32,000 nucleotides of DNA, from contig NC_007494.2 of NCBI RefSeq assembly GCF_000012905.2, positions 480,001-512,000 of the forward strand, read 5' to 3'. Below the pieces are notes generated by a model. The model did not search any database, was not told the origin of the DNA, and worked only from the letters and a program-made list of their open reading frames with translations. Positions 25,875-32,000 of the stretch are shown piece by piece (position 1 is the stretch's first letter; each line of letters starts with the position of its first letter). This DNA is from Cereibacter sphaeroides 2.4.1 (GTDB lineage: Bacteria > Pseudomonadota > Alphaproteobacteria > Rhodobacterales > Rhodobacteraceae). The translations under genes were made by a program, and so were the position numbers.

Positions 25875-26075
25875 CTATTCGGCGGGCTGAGCGGTGCGGG
25901 ATGCGGCGGTGCGGGCGATGGCCCTCTCCTCGGACCGGCGCGCGAGGTAGAGCGCAGCCCCAAGGCCTGCGAGAAGCGCGAGGATCACCGGCGGCGCCGC
26001 CGTGGCCGCCATCAGCCCGAGGAACAGCACGGCGGCGGTCGCCAGCGCCATCATCGTTTCCAGCAGGATCAGCAT
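25875..26075 (-). CDS. Small (66 aa) predicted two-helix membrane protein, unknown function
   Basis: ATG 26075..26073 is preceded by a very strong SD (GGAAGGAGGGGACG-ATG). Translation: MLILLETMMALATAAVLFLGLMAATAAPPVILALLAGLGAALYLARRSEERAIARTAASRTAQPAE. It is hydrophobic with a basic tail. No family recognised. Confidence 0.55.
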   Translation of the reverse strand: MLILLETMMALATAAVLFLGLMAATAAPPVILALLAGLGAALYLARRSEERAIARTAASRTAQPAE

Positions 26076-26294
26076 CGTCCCCTCCTTCCTGTGTCTCGCG
26101 GGCCCGGATGCCCTGCGCCCGCCCGCGGGCCTGTGCCTTTCTCGGCCGCCCGGGCGGCAGGAGCAACCGTGCCCCCCTGCGGCGCAGGGTCGCCGTCGGC
26201 TGCCTCGGCGGGCGCCGGTGTCCTGCGCCTGACGCTGCGGCATCTCCCCCTTCCCGCAGGCGGACCCGTGCCCGCGCGCAGGGCCGCCCTCCAC

Positions 26295-26320
26295 GGAACC
26301 GGGCTCCGTCCGAACCGGTT
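26295..26320 (+). promoter_or_regulatory. Candidate ECF (EcfG-type general-stress) promoter GGAAC-N17-GGTT upstream of the DUF3140 gene
   Basis: GGAAC at 26295..26299 and GGTT at 26317..26320 (spacer 17 nt). The published alphaproteobacterial EcfG consensus is GGAAC-N16/17-CGTT. The -10 element lies 23 nt upstream of ATG 26344, leaving room for the SD GAAGGAG. Confidence 0.3.
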
Positions 26321-26343
26321 CTGCCCCGACGAAGGAGATCCAC

Positions 26344-26676
26344 ATGACCAAATCGCACGACGAGATCTGGGACGACTGGCAGTCGCTCGTGAACATGGCG
26401 CCCGCCGATCTCGACCGCTGGCTCGAGACCGAGGAGAGCCGGAGCGTCGGCGACAGCTCGGACGGCGGCGAGAGCACCGGGCACCGGTCGGGGCGGCGGA
26501 TCGTGGAGATCCGGCGCAAACGGAAGGCGGATCTGGCCGAGCAAGACTGGGACCACATGGGCCGCGTGGTGGGCTACATCCGCCGCCATCTGGCGCAGGG
26601 CGGGCCGTCCTCGGACAAGGAACATTCGCGCTGGCGCTATTCGCTGATGAACTGGGGCCACGATCCGCTGAAGTGA
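26344..26676 (+). CDS. DUF3140-family protein
   Basis: SD GAAGGAG. MTKSHDEIWDDWQSLVNMAPADLDRWLETEESRSVG...GESTGHRSGRRIVEIRRKRKADLAEQDWDHMGRVVGYIRRHLAQ...HSRWRYSLMNWGHDPLK matches my recollection of the DUF3140 pattern (WL.T.ES..VG...GES.GH.SGR.IV......DL...D..HM..V..Y..RH.AQ....S.WR.SLMNWGHDP). Confidence 0.8.
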   Translation: MTKSHDEIWDDWQSLVNMAPADLDRWLETEESRSVGDSSDGGESTGHRSGRRIVEIRRKRKADLAEQDWDHMGRVVGYIRRHLAQGGPSSDKEHSRWRYSLMNWGHDPLK

Positions 26677-26762
26677 CACCGTCTCCGGGGGGCATCGCGA
26701 GGCGGCGGAAGCCGTCTTCACTGCCGGAGAACGGGCTGCCAGTTCGCCGGCCCTGCCCGGCC

Positions 26763-27644
26763 TTAAGGCCCCGGCGCCGGCGCGCCGCGCGCGCGGCAGG
26801 CCTCGACGAAGGCCTGCATGGCCGCGATGCGCGCGCCCGAGAGGTTCCACAGCACCCCCGTCTGCCGCCCGCCCGCATCCGGCAGGGCGATCTTGCGCAG
26901 CCTCAGCCCCTCGGGCCAGGGCGGCGCCCAATCCGGCACGATGGCCACGCCGAGGCCCCGGCTCACGAGGCCCGCGATGGCATCGAGCGCATCGAGCTCC
27001 AGCCACTCGCGGACCTTCAGCGTGTTCTGGCGCAGGTAGCGGTCGACGATCTGCCCGCCCCACTGGTTGCGGTCGTAGCGGATGAACGGATGGCTCTGGA
27101 GGATGGCGAGCGGATCGGTGCCCGGCGCCTCCTCGGGCACCAGAAGCACCAGCGGTTCCTCGCGCAGCGTGAGCCAGCCGGTCGATTTCGGCACCGGAAA
27201 CTGCGGGCGCACGATCACCGCCGCATCGAGATCGCCCGCAATCACCCCGTGATAGAGGTTCACCGAGGAATCCGGCCGGATGTGATATTCGATCCGCGGA
27301 TGGCGCGCGCGCAGCCGGGCGACGATGCCGGGCAGAAGCCCGGTCAGCGAGGTGGCGATGGCGCCGAGGCGCAGCTGACCCGCGGGCTCGTCCTGCGCCG
27401 CGATGGCGCGGAGATCGCGCGCGCCCTCGATCAGCGCGCGGGCATGGTCGAGCACGGCCAGCCCCGAGGCCGTGGGCCGCACCCGCCGCCCCGCGCGCAT
27501 CACGAGGGAATGGCCCAGATCCTGCTCGAGCGTGCGCAGCCGCTGCGACAGGGCCGCAGGCGTCAGGTTCAGCCGCCGCGCGGCCTCGGCGATGGAGCCG
27601 CAATCGGCGACCGCCACGAAGCTCTCGAGAAAGCGGATGTCCAT
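26763..27644 (-). CDS. LysR-family transcriptional regulator
   Basis: ATG 27644..27642 with SD GGAGG. MDIRFLESFVAVADCGSIAEAARRLNLTPAALSQRLRTLEQDLGHSLVMRAGRRVRPTASG is the LysR wHTH, followed by a LysR substrate-binding-type C-terminal region. Divergent from the aminotransferase cluster. Confidence 0.9.
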   Translation of the reverse strand: MDIRFLESFVAVADCGSIAEAARRLNLTPAALSQRLRTLEQDLGHSLVMRAGRRVRPTASGLAVLDHARALIEGARDLRAIAAQDEPAGQLRLGAIATSLTGLLPGIVARLRARHPRIEYHIRPDSSVNLYHGVIAGDLDAAVIVRPQFPVPKSTGWLTLREEPLVLLVPEEAPGTDPLAILQSHPFIRYDRNQWGGQIVDRYLRQNTLKVREWLELDALDAIAGLVSRGLGVAIVPDWAPPWPEGLRLRKIALPDAGGRQTGVLWNLSGARIAAMQAFVEACRARGAPAPGP

Positions 27645-27763
27645 GGCGCCCTCCGTGACCCACGGCTTTCCTATCTTCTCAAATAACAAAAAGCCATTTT
27701 TTCTTTCGCCTCACCCGGCGTAGACCATGCCCGAAGCGAGGGCCTGCGCGAGAGGAGCCAGAC

Positions 27764-28984
27764 ATGTCGATCGAGGCGAAATTCAAGAAACTCGGCACCG
27801 ACAACGCCCCCGGGCAGGAGGTGCGCCAGTCGGCGGCAGGTCTCGAGGCGCTGATACGCGGGGCCCCGATCGAGGGCCGGCCGGTCGATTTCTCGCATGG
27901 CGACGTGGATGCGCACGAGCCGACGCCGGGCGCCTTCGACCTCTTCTCGGCGGGCGTGCAGTCGGGGGGCGTGCAGGCCTATACGGAATATCGCGGCGAT
28001 CTGGGCATCCGCGACCTGTTGGCCCCGCGGCTCGCGGCCTTCACGGGCGCGCCCGTCGATGCCCGCGACGGGCTCATCATCACGCCCGGCACACAGGGGG
28101 CGCTCTTCCTCGCGGTGGCGGCCACGGTCGCGCGCGGCGACAAGGTGGCCATCGTCCAGCCCGACTATTTCGCCAACCGCAAGCTCGTCGAATTCTTCGA
28201 AGGCGAGATGGTGCCGGTGCAGCTCGATTACGTCTCGGCCGACGAGACGCGGGCGGGCCTCGATCTGACGGGGCTCGAGGAAGCCTTCAAGGCCGGCGCC
28301 CGGGTCTTCCTCTTCTCGAACCCGAACAACCCCGCGGGTGTGGTCTATTCGGCCGAGGAGATCGGCCAGATCGCGGCGCTGGCCGCGCGCTACGGCGCGA
28401 CCGTGATTGCCGACCAGCTCTATTCCCGGCTGCGCTATGCGGGGGCGAGCTACACCCACCTGCGCGCCGAAGCTGCGGTGGATGCCGAAAATGTCGTCAC
28501 CATCATGGGCCCGTCGAAGACAGAATCGCTCTCGGGCTACCGGCTGGGCGTGGCCTTCGGCTCCCGCGCCATCATCGCGCGGATGGAGAAGCTGCAGGCC
28601 ATCGTGAGCCTGCGCGCCGCGGGCTACAGCCAGGCGGTGCTGCGCGGCTGGTTCGACGAGGCGCCGGGCTGGATGGAGGACCGCATCGCCCGGCATCAGG
28701 CGATCCGCGACGAGCTTCTGCACGTGCTGCGCGGCTGCGAGGGCGTCTTCGCCCGCACGCCTCAGGCCGGCAGCTACCTCTTCCCGCGGCTGCCGAAGCT
28801 CGCCGTGGCGCCGGCCGAGTTCGTCAAGATCCTGCGGCTGCAGGCAGGCGTGGTGGTGACGCCGGGCACCGAGTTCAGCCCGCACACGGCCGACAGCGTG
28901 CGGCTGAACTTCAGCCAGGATCACGAGGCCGCCGTCGCCGCCGCCCGGCGGATCGTGACGCTGGTCGAGCGGTATCGCGCATGA
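27764..28984 (+). CDS. PLP-dependent aminotransferase, class I/II
   Basis: SD GAGAGGAG. Class-I fold motifs: ...[11 protein letters not shown]...[12 protein letters not shown]...[15 protein letters not shown]...ADQLYSRL...[14 protein letters not shown] (PLP-Lys)...VRLNF. Confidence 0.9.
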   Translation: MSIEAKFKKLGTDNAPGQEVRQSAAGLEALIRGAPIEGRPVDFSHGDVDAHEPTPGAFDLFSAGVQSGGVQAYTEYRGDLGIRDLLAPRLAAFTGAPVDARDGLIITPGTQGALFLAVAATVARGDKVAIVQPDYFANRKLVEFFEGEMVPVQLDYVSADETRAGLDLTGLEEAFKAGARVFLFSNPNNPAGVVYSAEEIGQIAALAARYGATVIADQLYSRLRYAGASYTHLRAEAAVDAENVVTIMGPSKTESLSGYRLGVAFGSRAIIARMEKLQAIVSLRAAGYSQAVLRGWFDEAPGWMEDRIARHQAIRDELLHVLRGCEGVFARTPQAGSYLFPRLPKLAVAPAEFVKILRLQAGVVVTPGTEFSPHTADSVRLNFSQDHEAAVAAARRIVTLVERYRA

Positions 28985-29406
28985 CGGCCGCCCTGTCCCA
29001 GCCGATCCCGCAGGGCGACTACATTCCGGCCCGCCGGGCAGGGGCGCTGATCTTCACCTCGGGCATGACGCCCCGCCGCGAGGGGGTGCTCCAGTTCACC
29101 GGCCCCGTGCGCCGCGACCAGCCGCTCGAAGAGCAGCGCGAGGCCGTCCGGCTTGCCTGCGAGAATGCGCTGGCGGCCGCGCGCGGCCTTCTGGCCGAGG
29201 GCGAGAGCCTTTCGCTGATCCTCTCGCTCACCGTCTATGTCGCGGCCGAGCCCGGCTTCGAGGCGCATTCGAAGCTCGCCGATTTCGCCTCGGCGCGGCT
29301 GCGCGAGGAGCTGGGGCCCGCGGGCATCGGCGCCCGCGCCGCGGTCGGCGTGGCGACCCTCCCCGGCAATGCCCCCGTCGAGATCCAGCTCATCGCCTCC
29401 GTCTGA
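28981..29406 (+). CDS. RidA/YjgF/TdcF-family (reactive enamine/imine deaminase-like) protein
   Basis: ATG 28981 makes an ATGA overlap with the aminotransferase stop. Translation: [35 protein letters not shown]...[13 protein letters not shown]...[25 protein letters not shown]. This is the YjgF/RidA fold pattern (ends ...LP....VEI). Confidence 0.82.
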   Translation: MTAALSQPIPQGDYIPARRAGALIFTSGMTPRREGVLQFTGPVRRDQPLEEQREAVRLACENALAAARGLLAEGESLSLILSLTVYVAAEPGFEAHSKLADFASARLREELGPAGIGARAAVGVATLPGNAPVEIQLIASV

Positions 29407-29454
29407 CAGAACCCGGGCCGGTCCGGCCCTCCAGCCCCTCGGAACGCTCCCCAG

Positions 29455-30663
29455 ATGACCAGCTCCCGCCTCTCCTCCCGCCTTCAGGCCGTGCAGCCCT
29501 CGCCCACCATCGCCATGACGCGCCTTGCAGCCCAGCTCCGCCGCGAGGGCAAGGACATCATCGGCCTGTCGCAGGGCGAGCCCGATTTCGACACGCCCGT
29601 CCATATCCGGCAGGCCGCGGCCGCCGCCATCGAGGCAGGCCAGACCCGCTACACCGACGTGGACGGCACGCCCGAGCTGAAGGCCGCCATCGTCGAGAAA
29701 TTCCGCCGCGAGAACGGGCTCTCCTACGAGACGAACCAGATCAGCGTCGGCACCGGCGGCAAGCAGGTGCTCTACAACGCGCTGCTGGCCACGCTCGACG
29801 AGGGCGACGAGGTGATCGTGCCCGCGCCCTACTGGGTCTCCTACCCCGACATGGTGCGGCTCGCGGGCGGGGTGCCGGTCACCGTTTCCTGCCCCGAGGA
29901 GGACGATTTCCTGCTGACCGCGCCCGCGCTGCGGGCCGCGATCACGCCGCGCACCAAATGGGTGATCCTGAACTCACCCTCGAACCCGACCGGCATGGGC
30001 TATTCGGCCGCCCATCTGCGCGCGCTGGCCGACGTGCTGCTCGAGTTCCCGCATGTGCTGGTGATGACCGACGACATGTACGAGCATCTGCGCTACGACG
30101 GCTGGGAATTCGCCACCATCGCGCAGGTCGAGCCGAAGCTCATGGACCGGGTGCTGACCTGCAACGGCGTGTCGAAGGCCTTCTCGATGACCGGCTGGCG
30201 CATCGGCTATGCCGGGGGTCCGGCCGACATCATCAAGGCGATGGCCACGCTCCAGTCGCAATCGACCTCGAACCCCTCCTCGGTGAGCCAGGCCGCGGCG
30301 CTCGCGGCCCTGACGGGGCCGATGGAGTTCCTGGCCGAGCGCAACGAGATCTTCCGCCAGCGGCGCGACCTGTGCCTCTCGGCGCTGAACCAGATCGAGG
30401 GGCTGAGCTGCGTGCGCCCGAACGGCGCCTTCTACCTCTTCCCCTCCTGCGCGGGCATGATCGGCCGCACCCGTCCCGACGGGCGCAAGATCGAGACCGA
30501 CACGGATTTCGTGATGTATCTCGTCGAGGAGGCGGGCGTGGCCGCGGTGCCGGGCAGCGCCTTCGGCCTCGCGCCCTACTTCCGCATCTCCTTTGCCACC
30601 GACACCGAGCGGCTGCGCACCGCCTGCGAGCGGATCCGCGCGGCCTCGGCCCGGCTGACCTGA
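29455..30663 (+). CDS. Aspartate aminotransferase (class I, AatA/AspC-like)
   Basis: [42 protein letters not shown]...[14 protein letters not shown]...[13 protein letters not shown]...[13 protein letters not shown]...[13 protein letters not shown]...[16 protein letters not shown]...[10 protein letters not shown]...YFRISFA. Near-textbook bacterial AspAT motifs. Confidence 0.92.
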   Translation: MTSSRLSSRLQAVQPSPTIAMTRLAAQLRREGKDIIGLSQGEPDFDTPVHIRQAAAAAIEAGQTRYTDVDGTPELKAAIVEKFRRENGLSYETNQISVGTGGKQVLYNALLATLDEGDEVIVPAPYWVSYPDMVRLAGGVPVTVSCPEEDDFLLTAPALRAAITPRTKWVILNSPSNPTGMGYSAAHLRALADVLLEFPHVLVMTDDMYEHLRYDGWEFATIAQVEPKLMDRVLTCNGVSKAFSMTGWRIGYAGGPADIIKAMATLQSQSTSNPSSVSQAAALAALTGPMEFLAERNEIFRQRRDLCLSALNQIEGLSCVRPNGAFYLFPSCAGMIGRTRPDGRKIETDTDFVMYLVEEAGVAAVPGSAFGLAPYFRISFATDTERLRTACERIRAASARLT

Positions 30664-30728
30664 GGCCGGGCCCCACAGCGGCCCTGCCGGCAGCGGCGGG
30701 CCCCAACCACGACAAGACGGAGACCGAC

Positions 30729-31514
30729 ATGGATCTGGGCATCAGAGGCAAGACGGCGCTGGTTCTGGGCGCGGGCGGGGGCCTCGGCGGCGCCATCGCC
30801 CGCTCGCTCGCCCGCGAGGGCGCGCGGGTGGCGCTCGGCGACATCGACCTCGCCGCGGCCGAAGCCACCGCCGAGGCGATCCGGGCCGAGGGCGGCACGG
30901 CGCTGCCGCTCGCCTGGGATCTGGCCGACCTCGGCGCCATCGAGACGAACGTGAGCCTGATCGAGGCCGAGCTGGGCCCGGTCGACATCCTCGTGAACAA
31001 CACGGGCGGGCCGAAGCCCTCGCCGATCGCCGGGCAGGAGGCCGCGCTCTGGCGCGCGAGCTTCGAGTCCATGGTGCTCTCGGTCATCTCCATCACCGAC
31101 CGCGTGCTGCCGGGCATGAAGGCCCGCAAATGGGGCCGCATCATCACCTCGACCTCGTCGGGCGTGGTGGCGCCGATCCCGAACCTCGGCCTGTCGAACG
31201 CGCTGCGCATCTCGCTCGTGGGCTGGTCGAAGACGCTCGCGCGCGAGGTGGGCCGCGACGGCATCACGGCCAACGTCGTGCTGCCCGGCCGCGTCGCCAC
31301 CAAGCGCATCACCTTCCTCGACGAGCAGAAGGCCGCGCGCGAAGGCCGGGCCGTGGCCGAAGTGGCCGCCGAGAGCGTGGCCTCGATCCCGCTCGGCCGC
31401 TATGGTCAGCCCGAGGAATATGGCGATGCCGTGGCCTTCCTCGCCTCGGCCCGCGCCTCCTACATCACCGGCAGCACCATCCGCATCGACGGCGGCCTGA
31501 TCGCCAGCGTCTGA
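30729..31514 (+). CDS. Short-chain dehydrogenase/reductase (FabG-like 3-oxoacyl reductase family)
   Basis: ATG 30729 after [32 protein letters not shown] is the Rossmann motif. Also NNTGG; the usual SDR Ser...YxxxK triad region is represented here by SSG...[13 protein letters not shown], which diverges. C-terminus: [34 protein letters not shown]. Confidence 0.88.
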   Translation: MDLGIRGKTALVLGAGGGLGGAIARSLAREGARVALGDIDLAAAEATAEAIRAEGGTALPLAWDLADLGAIETNVSLIEAELGPVDILVNNTGGPKPSPIAGQEAALWRASFESMVLSVISITDRVLPGMKARKWGRIITSTSSGVVAPIPNLGLSNALRISLVGWSKTLAREVGRDGITANVVLPGRVATKRITFLDEQKAAREGRAVAEVAAESVASIPLGRYGQPEEYGDAVAFLASARASYITGSTIRIDGGLIASV

Positions 31515-31530
31515 CCCCAAAGGAAACAGA

Positions 31531-32000
31531 ATGACCACCGACACCGCCAAGGAACAGGCCCTGATCGAGGCGCTGCGCGGCGTGACCACCGCGACGCTCA
31601 CCACCGTCCTTCTGAAGAAGGGCCTGCGCAACGTCTGGATGCGCGGCGCCATGCCGCTCGAGCCCGGCCAGCCGCGCATCGTGGGCCGCGCCTTCACCCT
31701 GCGCTTCGTGCCCGCCCGCGAAGACCTCGCCACCCCGGCCAGCTGGTCCTCGCCGATCTCGACCCGCGCCGCCATCGAGGCGATGCCCGAAGGCTGCATC
31801 TGCGTCGTCGATGCGATGGGCATCACCGATGCGGGGATCTTCGGCGACATCCTCTGCGCGCGGATGAAGAAGCGCGGCGTGGCGGCCCTCGTGACCGACG
31901 GGGTCGTGCGCGACGTGGCGGGCGTGCGCGGCACGGGCCTGCCGGTCTGGTGCGCGGGCGTGGCCGCTCCGCCCTCGGTCGCGGGCCTGACCTTCGTGGC
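31531..32000 (+). CDS. RraA-family protein (RraA / 4-hydroxy-4-methyl-2-oxoglutarate aldolase-like); 3' end beyond the window
   Basis: Hand translation from ATG 31531 (AAAGGAAACAGA upstream): MTTDTAKEQALIEALRGVTTATLTTVLLKKGLRNVWMRGAMPLEPGQPRIVGRAFTLRFVPARED...VVDAMGITDAGIFGDILCARMKKRGVAALVTDGVVRDVAGV... This is the RraA-family signature (G.a.T........D........GD.l......G..G.V.DG..RD). Open to the window end. Confidence 0.85.
   Translation, partial: MTTDTAKEQALIEALRGVTTATLTTVLLKKGLRNVWMRGAMPLEPGQPRIVGRAFTLRFVPAREDLATPASWSSPISTRAAIEAMPEGCICVVDAMGITDAGIFGDILCARMKKRGVAALVTDGVVRDVAGVRGTGLPVWCAGVAAPPSVAGLTFV

Noticed and set aside
26312-26321. Perfect 10-bp palindrome GAACCGGTTC upstream of the DUF3140 gene, considered as an operator
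   Set aside because: A 5+5 palindrome is expected dozens of times by chance in 32 kb. The sequence is better explained as part of the candidate ECF promoter spacer and -10 region.
25402-27663. 753-aa ORF on the minus strand spanning NikR, the small membrane protein, DUF3140 and LysR regions
   Set aside because: - It is an Arg/Pro/Gly/Ala-rich artefact.
- It overlaps four better-supported genes that have SD sequences and family motifs. The real LysR gene is in a different frame (26763..27644).
1-32000. Looked for CRISPR arrays, IS/transposase/integrase genes, phage genes, tRNA/rRNA genes and long direct repeats that would mark a genomic island around the cassette
   Set aside because: - I recognised no spaced direct-repeat arrays and no transposase or integrase-like translations.
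- I found no tRNA-like cloverleaf candidates or flanking direct repeats by eye.
- The cassette has host-like GC and codon bias.
- Absence cannot be proven without tRNAscan/ISfinder/BLAST.

Overview
Very GC-rich (roughly 68-70% by eye), densely coding chromosomal DNA. The protein sequences look alphaproteobacterial, possibly Rhodobacteraceae-like, but that is inference only. All calls come from reading the supplied ORF translations and the DNA by hand; no searches were run.

Gene content, left to right:
- 1-5977: an iron-siderophore uptake locus. It holds a translationally coupled binding-protein/permease/permease/ATPase operon on the minus strand, facing a divergent TonB-dependent receptor.
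- 6089-7008: an AraC-type regulator that is frameshifted in this assembly.
- 7039-7806: a 770-bp stretch with no credible ORF.
- 7807-13124: a CMD/AhpD-like peroxidase-related gene, a methyl-accepting chemotaxis protein (MCP) with two small coupled ORFs, xthA, and a short-chain dehydrogenase/reductase (SDR).
- 13444-15221: a ygiC/ygiB-like pair.
- 15675-21209: a three-gene same-strand cassette (see below).
- 21297-25583: a QseBC-like two-component system, a second MCP, and an orphan NikR-like regulator.
- 25875-26676: a small membrane protein and a DUF3140 gene.
- 26763-32000: a LysR-headed cluster with two aminotransferases, RidA, an SDR and an RraA-family gene.

I recognised no tRNA/rRNA, CRISPR array, transposase or integrase. 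Many long antisense ORFs in the track are GC-driven artefacts.

The most interesting region is the cassette at 15675-21209. It encodes an MPO-type animal heme peroxidase, a papain-like (C1) cysteine protease with a ~390-aa orphan C-terminal domain, and an SGNH-hydrolase/caspase (C14) fusion. All have intact catalytic motifs and none shows a visible export signal. I flag it as a candidate undescribed protease/oxidant (cell-death or conflict-type) module.
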